A DNA stretch of 64,000 nucleotides, from the NCBI GenBank assembly GCA_963674965.2, contig CAXXFL010000005.1, positions 810,211 through 874,210 on the forward strand, in the 5' to 3' direction. Below the pieces are notes generated by a model. The model made no database searches. It was not told where the DNA came from and saw only the letters and a list, made by a program, of their open reading frames with translations. How positions within the stretch are numbered: the stretch's first letter is position 1; the number at the start of each line of letters is the position of its first letter. Positions 8,044-16,747 of the stretch are shown here, in pieces. The position numbers and the translations under genes are program-made. This stretch comes from a bacterium (GTDB lineage: Bacteria > RBG-13-61-14 > DATKZS01).

Positions 8044-9414
8044 TCATCCGGCCGAGGCCTCGGAGACGGCCGGCTCGTTTTGTTCCTTGCAAGCCTCTTC
8101 CGCCTCTTCCCGCGCTTTCTTATCCTTGGCCTTTTGTTCGGCCTCGTTTCTAATCCTTGTTACTTCCCGCTTGGCGAGCCGGATCATCTGCACCAGCGGC
8201 CTCCTGGCCGTGCAGACCATGGCGCAAAGACCGCATTCGACGCAGTTCATGACTCCCAGGTCGTCGGCGGGCTCGAAGATCGAGAACTCCGAGTATCTTC
8301 CCAACAGGCTGGGCTGGAGGTTGACCGGGCACACCGACACGCAGGCGCCGCAGCTTACGCAGGGCTCGTCGCTCCAGGGTAATATGTTTTCCCGGGGAAT
8401 GAGCATGACCGCGTCCAGCCCGGCGTCCACCGGGGCCTCGAGCGAGTACTGGGCGATGCCCCGGAGGGGGCCGCCGGCCAATACCTTGTCGCCGTCCCTG
8501 GGCTTGAGTCCCATGAAGGCGAACAGGTCCTTTAGCTTGGCGCCGATGGGAGCGCGAAGGTTGGCCTTGGCCTCCCCTTTTGGCCCGATAAAGGTGACGA
8601 CCTTTTTATCCTGGACCTTGCCGTCCCGGATGGCGTCCAGGGCCGCCAGGGCCGTTCCCGCCGTGATAACGCGGACGCCCTTGCCGCCGCCGGCCCTAAG
8701 GGCCACCATGGGCTTCAAGGTCATGGGGTACTCGGGGGGCACGGAAAGGACCTTGACGCCCGTGCCGCCGGCCGACTTGCCCGTCTGGCCCGCGCTTTTG
8801 TCATGGGCCGCCACGTAAACGTCCTTGGCCCCGGCCATCTTGCCCAGGACCTTGGCCGCGATGAAAACGTCCTCGGACCTCCAGCGGAAAACCTCGGAGG
8901 TCGAGAAGACCTCGGGCTCGCGGTCAGAGGCAAGCACCACCAGGGTCTCGACCTCGACGTCCGCCTCGGGACCAATGATCTCGCCCAGGGGCCTGGGCGT
9001 ATAGGACTCGGTCAGTATGCCGGCCTCGGCCACCCTGGCCCAAAGTTCCCGGGCCGAGGCGGTTTCCGGGTCCATGGGCTTCCAGGCGACGGGTGAAGAA
9101 TCGGGATCGGGATCGACGGCCACCGAGTGGCCCACGTAATGGTTCCTGGCGTCGGGACCGGATATCACGCCCACTACCTTGCCCTTTACCGGGCAGACCA
9201 CGGCCTTTTTAACGCCGTCGCTTCCCAGGAACTGGCCGGGCTTGACCTGGTCCCCCTCCTTGACCAGGGCCTCGTAGGGGACCCCGGTCCCGCTGAAAAG
9301 CGGGAAGACGAGGCTCGAGGACGCGGCCGCGTCCTTGATGGCCAAGTGCTGGGATTTAAGTGGGAACTTCGGCCGCCTAAACCCGAAGAGCCTATCCGTA
9401 ATTTCGTCAAACAT
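8044..9414 (-). CDS. rnfC: Rnf complex subunit C, divergent
   Basis: VKEGDQVKPGQ barrel domain, SLBB region, GGPLRG, CVSCGACVSVCP and CVECGLCAMVC; first gene of rnfCDGEAB. Confidence 0.82.
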   Translation of the reverse strand: MFDEITDRLFGFRRPKFPLKSQHLAIKDAAASSSLVFPLFSGTGVPYEALVKEGDQVKPGQFLGSDGVKKAVVCPVKGKVVGVISGPDARNHYVGHSVAVDPDPDSSPVAWKPMDPETASARELWARVAEAGILTESYTPRPLGEIIGPEADVEVETLVVLASDREPEVFSTSEVFRWRSEDVFIAAKVLGKMAGAKDVYVAAHDKSAGQTGKSAGGTGVKVLSVPPEYPMTLKPMVALRAGGGKGVRVITAGTALAALDAIRDGKVQDKKVVTFIGPKGEAKANLRAPIGAKLKDLFAFMGLKPRDGDKVLAGGPLRGIAQYSLEAPVDAGLDAVMLIPRENILPWSDEPCVSCGACVSVCPVNLQPSLLGRYSEFSIFEPADDLGVMNCVECGLCAMVCTARRPLVQMIRLAKREVTRIRNEAEQKAKDKKAREEAEEACKEQNEPAVSEASAG

Positions 9415-9599
9415 GGACTTGCTCCGCTTTTAAGATAAGGGTCGCCTGATGAAAGTGGTCTCGAAATGTACCTGGATAAAAATTCCCGGCGCCCCTTAGT
9501 TACCGCCAGGGGATGCGCGCTAGGTTACTGCAAATGTTTCCCCTCGTTACGTTGCGTTAATTTTGGAAGAATTTATATGAACACCTAAAAGTCTGGTAT

Positions 9600-9627
9600 A
9601 TTTTACGCCTCTTTGCGGCTTTGTCAA
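9600..9627 (-). promoter_or_regulatory. Putative sigma70 promoter for the rnf operon
   Basis: TTGACA-16 nt-TAAAAT on the minus strand. Confidence 0.5.
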
Positions 9628-9718
9628 GCAAATCGGGAACAAAATGGAACAAAATATCCAAGCTTTCCCAATAAATAAGGATAGCTTCATTTTCCGGGGA
9701 ACCAAGCGCCAGTTAAGT

Positions 9719-9747
9719 TTGACAAAAATAGAGTATGAACGTAGCAT
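9719..9747 (+). promoter_or_regulatory. Putative sigma70 promoter for gspLMN
   Basis: TTGACA-17 nt-TAGCAT. Confidence 0.55.
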
Positions 9748-9781
9748 GGAACCGAACGCGAAAAGAGGATAACCCCTTTAT

Positions 9782-11311
9782 ATGGCGAGAGTGGTAATAG
9801 GTCTGGACGTTTCCGGCGCGGGCTGGAAGTACGCAGTGGCGGCGGGACCGTCAAAAGACAGGATCAGGGTCATCGAGTATGGCCGTTTCGATCCTCCACC
9901 CGTGGACTTCGACTACCTTTTCTCCGACGAGATGGACGAGATCGATCTCGAGGAAAAGGTCTCCGAGTGGGCCGAGGCCTTTTACGCCAAACTCGAGCCC
10001 TATCTTGGCTCGGACCCGGACGTGGTGGTGGGCATTCCCCGCGAGTTGGTGACCATCCGCTCTCTTGACGTTCCCTTTACCAAGGACTCCCGCATCGCCC
10101 AGGTCCTGCCTTACGAGGCCGAGGCCAGCCTGGCCTTGGACGCGGACGAGTTGGTCTTCGATTTCTACGCCCTCGGGTCCCGCGAGGAGGAAACCAGGGT
10201 GCTGGCCGCGGCGGTCGAGCGCGAGAAGATACACTCCCTGCTGACCCTTTTCAAGCTGGTGGGAATCGACCCCATGGTCGTGGCGCCCACTCCCCTTTCC
10301 CTCCATCACCTGGGTCGCGTGACCGGACCGGCCGCTAACGGGGTCCCCTCTCGGACCGGCTACCTTCAAATCGAGAACGGCGGCGTCTTCTTAACGGTAA
10401 CCGAGCAAGATAAAAGCGTTTTCACCGCCTCGTTCCACGCGAGCGAAGACGAGGGACCTTCAACCGGCGCCGGGACAAGCCTTCTCCAGAACATTGGACG
10501 GGCCATTCATTATCTCGAGGGTTTCAAAACGGTCGGCGCCGGATGCCCTCCTCCCTTGAAGAAACTTTTCGTGACCGGAGACCCCGCCAAGGTGGGGCCA
10601 ACCGTTTCCGAGTTGGAACAACGGCTGGGCCTCGAGGTCATGCCCTTTAAAATTGCGCCCGCCGCCGTGACGGAGGACACCCAGCTCAATCCGGATCGGG
10701 ACCTGGCCATGGCCACGTCACTGGCCCTTGCTCTCCAGGGGATGTCCACCGGCAAAAAGGCGGGGCTTAATTTCAGAAAGGGAGAGTTCTCCTTCCGCCA
10801 CGAGCGCAAGGCATTGATAAAAAAGGCTATATTCCCAGCCACCTTGCTGGTGACCCTTGTTTTATCCATTGTCTTCAGCGCCTCGGTTACGGGTTCGTCC
10901 TCAGACGAGAACTCGGCCGCTATCGTGGACCTTATGAAAAAGGAGTTCGCCGCCTATTTTCCCGGCGAGCCCATTGTCGATCCCACCGTCCAGATCAAAA
11001 ACAAGCTGGACGAGACCAAGGCCAAGAAAATCAAGTACGAGGACCTTTCCAACCCCTCGGCTCTTACCGTCATGGCCGCCTTGTCCAGCGCCGTTCCCGA
11101 CGACCTGGTTGTAACCATAACCAGTTTCGATTTCAAGGGCGACAAGCTGGTCCTGAAAGGAGAATGCGAGGAACTGGACATACCCAACAAGGTGGCCAAG
11201 GAACTCGAGAAGGTACCCATATTTAAAAAGGTGGACCTTGGCAATGTAACTTCCGGTAAAGAAAAGAAATTCACCATAGATATCGACCTGAGGGAGAAGG
11301 GACGGCCATGA
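9782..11311 (+). CDS. gspL: Type II secretion GspL (PilM/PilN-like) protein
   Basis: Actin-like N-domain (VIGLDV, VPF..QVLPYEAE), LNFRKGEF, TM, periplasmic ferredoxin-like C-domain. Confidence 0.78.
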   Translation: MARVVIGLDVSGAGWKYAVAAGPSKDRIRVIEYGRFDPPPVDFDYLFSDEMDEIDLEEKVSEWAEAFYAKLEPYLGSDPDVVVGIPRELVTIRSLDVPFTKDSRIAQVLPYEAEASLALDADELVFDFYALGSREEETRVLAAAVEREKIHSLLTLFKLVGIDPMVVAPTPLSLHHLGRVTGPAANGVPSRTGYLQIENGGVFLTVTEQDKSVFTASFHASEDEGPSTGAGTSLLQNIGRAIHYLEGFKTVGAGCPPPLKKLFVTGDPAKVGPTVSELEQRLGLEVMPFKIAPAAVTEDTQLNPDRDLAMATSLALALQGMSTGKKAGLNFRKGEFSFRHERKALIKKAIFPATLLVTLVLSIVFSASVTGSSSDENSAAIVDLMKKEFAAYFPGEPIVDPTVQIKNKLDETKAKKIKYEDLSNPSALTVMAALSSAVPDDLVVTITSFDFKGDKLVLKGECEELDIPNKVAKELEKVPIFKKVDLGNVTSGKEKKFTIDIDLREKGRP

Positions 11312-11838
11312 GCCTGGAAGCACGGGAAAAGAAATTCCTCGGCATCGGGGCTATCGCTTTTGTCTTGATAGTTGCCATCTGGCTTGTCACGGGCGGTGAT
11401 TCCGGGACCAGGGGCGGAGATTCGAAAAGGGTCGCTCAAAAACAGGAGACCTTTCATAAGGACCTGAAGGATTACCTCGAGATCAAGGACTCGGTCGAAA
11501 AGATCGATCAGAGGCTGTCCAAAACTCCGGAGAATTTCGATCTGGCAGGAGAGCTCAACGAGATATTCGACTCCCTGGGAATCAAAAACGCCATCAGGAG
11601 CCTCAACCCCACGGACGCCGGCGCCAACGACTTTTACTCGGCCTCCTACGTGGACATTAAAATAGACGAGATATCCCTTGACGACCTGGTCAGCCTGCTG
11701 GTTAAGATCGAGTCGTCCGACGCCTTTATCAAGGTGGACAAACTCACGGTCAGAAGAAGGTTCAAGGACAACGCCCTGGATATAAATATCAGGGTCGCCG
11801 CCTACTCGGCCAAGCTCGAAGAGGCCCCTCCCAAATGA
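11308..11838 (+). CDS. gspM: Type II secretion GspM-like protein
   Basis: REKKFL followed by TM, ISLDDLVSLLVKIE; ATGA overlap with gspL. Confidence 0.72.
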   Translation: MSLEAREKKFLGIGAIAFVLIVAIWLVTGGDSGTRGGDSKRVAQKQETFHKDLKDYLEIKDSVEKIDQRLSKTPENFDLAGELNEIFDSLGIKNAIRSLNPTDAGANDFYSASYVDIKIDEISLDDLVSLLVKIESSDAFIKVDKLTVRRRFKDNALDINIRVAAYSAKLEEAPPK

Positions 11839-12767
11839 ACGGCTGGAAAAGGATAGTGCTTGGCGGCCTCGGATACCTCCTCTTCTTCGTCGTCTCCCTG
11901 GTACTCTTCACCTTCTTAACCTTCGACCCCACCATGTTCGCGCCCCGCATCGAGCGGGCGGCCAAGGACGGCGGGATAACCCTTCAGATTCAAAAGATTT
12001 CCCTCAAGGGCCTCGGGGGCCTCGAGATGCGGGGAGTTAAAGTCTCCCCCGCGGCCAAGCCTCAGGAAGGCGAAGGGGAGGCGGCCGATCCACCGACTCC
12101 CATGGTCATCGACCGGCTCATTGTAAAGCCCAAGCTCACTACCCTGCCGGGCCTTTTAACGGCGGCCAGGGACAACAAGCCGCCCCGTATCGAGGCCGCC
12201 TTTTCCGCCCGGGTCGGGGAGGGCGAGATCGAATCGGGCTTTCTCTCCTTTTACGGGGAATCCCTTTCCGCGGAGGCCGAGGCCAAGTCTTTTCCCCTGG
12301 CTCGGGTCCCGCTCTCCGGGTTTGAAATCAAGGGCCTCAAGTTCTACGCCCCCACCTTGTCCGGCTCCATGGACGCCAAGGTGAAGCTGGAAATGGGAAA
12401 CCGGAAAAACCCCGACACCTGGAACGGGGACGTCCAGCTGGACCTGAAAAATCCGGGCATAAGCGAACTGAAAAACGCGATTATCGCTTTTCCCGGACCG
12501 AAAATGCAAAGCGGAAACCTCAAGGCGAAAATCGACAGGGGGTTGGTAACGGTCAGTTCCCTTAAACTGGTGGGCGACGACATGCCCATGAACTTTACCG
12601 GGACCATCAAGTTAAACCCCAATTTCGCCGCGTCCATGTCTGAAATTAACGGGACCATCGAGTTCAGCGAGTCCTTCAAATCCAGGCTGGACCCCACCTT
12701 CGCCCAAATGCTTCCGCCCAAGAAAATCGAGTATAAAGGACCCATCGGAAAACTGGCCGCCTGGTAA
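11835..12767 (+). CDS. gspN: Type II secretion GspN-like protein
   Basis: N-terminal TM (GYLLFFVVSLVLFTFLTF), beta-rich AsmA-like body; position after gspM. Confidence 0.68.
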   Translation: MNGWKRIVLGGLGYLLFFVVSLVLFTFLTFDPTMFAPRIERAAKDGGITLQIQKISLKGLGGLEMRGVKVSPAAKPQEGEGEAADPPTPMVIDRLIVKPKLTTLPGLLTAARDNKPPRIEAAFSARVGEGEIESGFLSFYGESLSAEAEAKSFPLARVPLSGFEIKGLKFYAPTLSGSMDAKVKLEMGNRKNPDTWNGDVQLDLKNPGISELKNAIIAFPGPKMQSGNLKAKIDRGLVTVSSLKLVGDDMPMNFTGTIKLNPNFAASMSEINGTIEFSESFKSRLDPTFAQMLPPKKIEYKGPIGKLAAW

Positions 12768-12868
12768 CGCCCGCTCGGATTCCATTAATTTTCGGCTATA
12801 AGAAACCGCCATACATTCCGGCATTTTAAAAAGGAACAATCGCGGACCATCGATTCAAAGAGCTTTCC

Positions 12869-12897
12869 TTGACATAAGGGGAGGCTTTAGTTACACT
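12869..12897 (+). promoter_or_regulatory. sigma70 promoter for tRNA-Arg
   Basis: TTGACA-17 nt-TACACT ending 11 nt before the tRNA. Confidence 0.65.
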
Positions 12898-12908
12898 CGA
12901 ATCATTCA

Positions 12909-12981
12909 GGGCGATTAGCTCAGTGGATAGAGCACTTGCCTCCGGAGCAAGGGGTCGCGGGTTCGACTCCCGCATCGCCCT
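12909..12981 (+). tRNA. tRNA-Arg (CCG), CCA not encoded
   Basis: GGGCGAT/ATCGCCC acceptor stem, GCTC/GAGC D arm, CTTGC-CTCCGGA-GCAAG anticodon arm, GCGGG-TTCGACT-CCCGC T arm. Confidence 0.95.
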
Positions 12982-12985
12982 TATA

Positions 12986-13054
12986 TATCAATGACTTACA
13001 AGCATCCCTTAAAGTTGACTATCAAGGACTGAATGGGGACAAAAAGGGGAACAA
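12986..13054 (+). promoter_or_regulatory. Relic integrase attachment region (IHF site plus arm-like repeats)
   Basis: TATCAATGACTTA fits WATCAANNNNTTR; near-copy TATCAAGGACTGA at 13020; GGGGACAAAAA/GGGGAACAA repeats. Confidence 0.5.
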
Positions 13055-13109
13055 CCCCCCGGAAACCATAAACTTGTCAAGCGGTGCCTAGTGGGCTGCC
13101 CCGGCGACG

Positions 13110-13910
13110 CTACTGAAACGCTTTTCCAAATTCATCTTGATCAAGAAAGTACCTCAGTTGAGCGCCTTGCATATTCCGAGCTCGATGAATATCAAACCTA
13201 TTCTCGTCGAACTCCGGCAGGTTCACGTCATTTTCGTCGAAAAACAAGCAATGGCTATACAACGTTCTAAGTTCAGCGTACCGTCTCGGCTCCCATCCCT
13301 TTTTATAGCCATACCAGTCGTCTATCAGCGCGCATTTCGTTCCACATGAATTGTCTCTCTCCAGTGTCACTTTCATTTCAAAATCAAAACAGAGATCGAA
13401 CATCGTAACCCTGCATCTTCCGCCACGTTCTCTCATGCATGGCATTTGGACAGCTACAATGTCTTCGCCACTGTCAAAATAAAGCTCAGAAAAACGATGG
13501 TTTGTAATAACATCAATAACATTATAATTGGGCGCCTCATTTTCGATTTTTTCTCGTATTTGCCGTTCGGCTTCGTCTATCATGGCCGCCATCATCGGAT
13601 CCTGGGAGGATATTTCCCTATTTATTATCCTGGATATGTTTTCATGCCTCAGGTGTTTGAAGATGATCCTCTTAAAAGGTTTCTCCTCCTCGGGACCCGC
13701 ATTTATCAAGCTTTCATGGGAGTAAAATATATCTATTACCCCATTATAATTTTCACCATTAATATCCAGATTCCATTCACTCGGATGGTAGATCTCCAAT
13801 GAGCCGGGTATAAGGCTTTTGTTTTCAATATATCCTATTAGAATGCGTATTGACGCGGCCACGATAACAGACAATACTAAAAAGATTGCGGCTATCGCCT
13901 TTTTCTTCAT
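13110..13910 (-). CDS. Hypothetical exported or membrane-anchored protein, low GC
   Basis: Open frame from MKKKAIAAIFLVLSVIVAA (TM/signal); AT-rich relative to flanks. Confidence 0.65.
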   Translation of the reverse strand: MKKKAIAAIFLVLSVIVAASIRILIGYIENKSLIPGSLEIYHPSEWNLDINGENYNGVIDIFYSHESLINAGPEEEKPFKRIIFKHLRHENISRIINREISSQDPMMAAMIDEAERQIREKIENEAPNYNVIDVITNHRFSELYFDSGEDIVAVQMPCMRERGGRCRVTMFDLCFDFEMKVTLERDNSCGTKCALIDDWYGYKKGWEPRRYAELRTLYSHCLFFDENDVNLPEFDENRFDIHRARNMQGAQLRYFLDQDEFGKAFQ

Positions 13911-14068
13911 GACAACGGGCCTTTTCGCCGGCTTTCCGGCAATGCATTTAATTTTCCTCAGGGCGCATAATCCTAAAAACGGCAGTTGGTAATTCCGCCA
14001 GGGCTTCAAAGATTATATAATATCAGTTGTGTAGGTCAAATTCTGCAATTTCAGGTTGGTATCTCCAT

Positions 14069-14107
14069 GAATTCTGGGGGAATTGTGGGGACAGAATTGT
14101 GGGGACA
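14069..14107 (+). repeat. Tandem repeat GAATT[C/G]TGGGG(ACA) x3
   Basis: GAATTCTGGGG GAATTGTGGGGACA GAATTGTGGGGACA read directly. Confidence 0.8.
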
Positions 14108-14202
14108 GCATCCTTATCTCGTTTGAACTGTGGACAATCGTATATGAGAACGACGGCGTAAAGCATGTCAGCTTGGAAGGCATTAATACGCGACCCTAAA
14201 CC

Positions 14203-15133
14203 TTACTGAACTTTAAAACTTTTTAGTCTGGTTTGCACGTATCGACATTAAGCAGCCTCCTTGAGGGGCGTAATTTCCTCTGGTTTGGGGTCGGAATGGA
14301 AAGCGGGAGAAATTCGCAAAGCCTTGTAGAAAGCGCGTCGGAGCCGACCGACGCTTGGGGGGCCGCTCGGGTCCCACCACGGTTCGGCCTCGATCTTTTC
14401 CGCCTCCGGGACGCAAAGGGCAAGCAGGCCCAAAAGGCCGTAGGCGACCAGGCAGAGGTTGGCGTGGCGCTTGATGGCCGTGAACGACCTCTGGCGATAG
14501 TCGCCGAAACCGCCCGCCGTCTTCACCTCCCGGAACAACTCCTCGATCTTCCAGCGGCCCGAATACGTTTCCAGCGCCCGCTCCGGCTTCATCTCGACGT
14601 CGGTGGTGAAAAACACGTTCATTTTTTTGCCGGAGCGCCGGGGGAAAATGATGACGAGTATCGGCTTGTCGCCGAGGGTGGCGCTGGGGACCATCACCCC
14701 GACGAAGGCCTCGATGGTAACGGTCTTGCCGTAAATCCTGGCCTTGATTTTTTCGCGCTTCGATCTTTTCAACCACAGTTGTTGGGGGCCGTACTTTTTG
14801 CCGCGCTTGGGAGGACGGCCCGGCCCCTCTTCCTTTTGGGGAGTTCGTAGAGCGCCGCGTTCGAGCGGAGGCGGCTGATCAGGACCACCTCCCTGTCCCC
14901 GACCTCGACGCTCGCCAACTTGGCCTTGGCGTAGAGGTTGTCCACTACCAGGACCAGTCTCCGAGCGGGCCAGGAGAACCTTTTTATCATCATGGCGGCC
15001 AATTCGATCTTGGTTTTGAACTCCCATCCCTTGGGGCAAAACTTTTCCTGGACGAAGAGCAGCGCCGAGAGGAGGACTGGTGAACGCTATTTTTACATGG
15101 TGGAACATGGCTAAAAAGTTCAAAGTTCAGTAA
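14203..15133 (-). mobile_element. Internally deleted IS701/IS4-like insertion sequence with terminal inverted repeats
   Basis: Left end TTACTGAACTTTAAAACTTTTTAG vs reverse complement of right end TTACTGAACTTTGAACTTTTTAG; encloses a DDE transposase fragment. Confidence 0.8.
14248..15080 (-). pseudogene. IS701-family transposase fragment (N-terminus deleted, frameshift near 14835)
   Basis: FKTKIELA, LVVDNLYA, ISRLRSNAALY in one frame; GRPPKRG and YSGRWKIEELFREVK in another. Confidence 0.8.
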
Positions 15134-15348
15134 CATAGTCTCCAGTATTATAAATCAAACTGGCTCAACTTTTCCAGAACCGACTGTAATTCCAACGAAA
15201 ACTCACCAAACTTTGGCCTTTTGCTAATACGATCGAAAAATAAGCCGCCTAGAATTTAACATAAAGTAGGCCCTCGCCTTATTTCTCGGGCCGATAAGGG
15301 GGGAAACTAAACTGAAAAAAAAAGGACCGGAAAAGCCAAGGATAAATT

Positions 15349-16683
15349 ATGAAAAATAAAAGGATAATACAAGGATTGAGAACTATCTCGTCCATCGCCT
15401 CGGGAAGGCCGCCGGGCCAGGTCGTAATCCAATATTCCGACGCATGCAACGCCTCGTGCCCCCAATGCGAGCTTCGCGCCTCCAACCTTTTTCCCCGCTC
15501 CCGCGTGCCTCTTGACGATATTAAACGAGCCATCGACCGAGCGGCAAAAACGGGAGTCCGGGCCCTCAGCGTCACGGGCGGCGAGCCATTTCTTTTCCGG
15601 CGCGAACTGATCGAGATATTGACCTACGCCCGCGAGGCCGGCATACCTTACACCCGCACCGGAACCAACGGCTTCCCGTTCAGGAACTCGGACGGCCCGG
15701 GCTGGGAGAAAAGGATCAGAAACCTGGCCCGGGAATTGGCCGAATCGGGTGTCTATACTTTATGGATCAGCGTGGACTCGGCCGACGCCGGGACGCACGA
15801 AAAGATGAGGGGACTGCCCGGCGTGATCCGGGGCATCGAGAAGGCCCTGCCGATTTTTCACGAGCACGGCGTATATCCCGCCGCCAACCTGGGAGTCAAC
15901 CGCAACGTGGGAGGCGAATGGAAGTCACTCGCGGATGGACGCCGGTGGCTCGGCGAGCGGGAAACCTACCTCATCTTCCGGAGGTCGTTTGCCGACTTTT
16001 ACAATTTCGTCATCGGCCTGGGCTTTACCATGGCCAACGCCTGTTATCCCATGAGCTCGGGAGGTTTTGCCGACGGCCTCGATTCCGTTTACGGGGCCTC
16101 GAGCGCCGACGAGGTGGTGAACTTCTCGGACAAGGAAAAGGCCTCGGTCTTCGCCGCCCTGTTCGACGTCATTCCCGCCTTCCGGGACAAGATCAGGATA
16201 TTCACTCCGCGCTGCTCGCTTTACTCCCTGATAAGGCGCCACTCGGGAAAGGAAGAGCCGGGCTACGCCTGCCGGGGAGGGATCGACTATTTCTTTATCA
16301 GCGCCGCGAGCGGCAACGTCTATCCCTGCGGTTTCCGAGGGACCGAGGACCTGGGAAAATTCTGGGAGATGAAACTGGATAAAAACGAAAAGCCCTCCTG
16401 CCGGCTCTGCGACTGGGAGTGCTTTCGGGACCCGTCCGAGCTATTAGGACCCATATTCGAGGCCAGGAACGACCCGGCCGTGCTTTTCCGGCGAGTGAAA
16501 AACGAGCCCGGCTTCATGAGGCTCTGGCTTTTGGACCTCGAGTATTACCGGGCCTGCTCGTTCTTCTCCGGAAGGGTAGCGCCCGATTATAAAAGGATGA
16601 CGAGGGTCGCGAAAAGACAAGTCCGATCGGTCCGCGACCCAGGCCGGCCCCGGGCGCTTGGCGCCGCCGAGGCCCCGGCTTAA
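15349..16683 (+). CDS. Radical SAM protein with C-terminal SPASM/twitch-like Cys region
   Basis: CNASCPQC, TGGEP, CRGG...GNVYPCG...CRLCDWEC. Confidence 0.9.
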   Translation: MKNKRIIQGLRTISSIASGRPPGQVVIQYSDACNASCPQCELRASNLFPRSRVPLDDIKRAIDRAAKTGVRALSVTGGEPFLFRRELIEILTYAREAGIPYTRTGTNGFPFRNSDGPGWEKRIRNLARELAESGVYTLWISVDSADAGTHEKMRGLPGVIRGIEKALPIFHEHGVYPAANLGVNRNVGGEWKSLADGRRWLGERETYLIFRRSFADFYNFVIGLGFTMANACYPMSSGGFADGLDSVYGASSADEVVNFSDKEKASVFAALFDVIPAFRDKIRIFTPRCSLYSLIRRHSGKEEPGYACRGGIDYFFISAASGNVYPCGFRGTEDLGKFWEMKLDKNEKPSCRLCDWECFRDPSELLGPIFEARNDPAVLFRRVKNEPGFMRLWLLDLEYYRACSFFSGRVAPDYKRMTRVAKRQVRSVRDPGRPRALGAAEAPA

Positions 16684-16747
16684 GGTCCGCGTAATATTGG
16701 CGGAGGCTCGCGCTCGAAGTTGGACAAGCCGCAAAGGAGATGAAATT

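Noticed and set aside
9446-9470. CTGATGA...GAAA resembling a hammerhead ribozyme core
   Set aside because: Stem II lacks the closing pair, and no stems I/III or cleavage triplet can be formed.
14069-14107. CRISPR-like repeats
   Set aside because: The repeats are 11-14 bp and contiguous, with no spacers and no cas genes; no CRISPR array is seen in the window.
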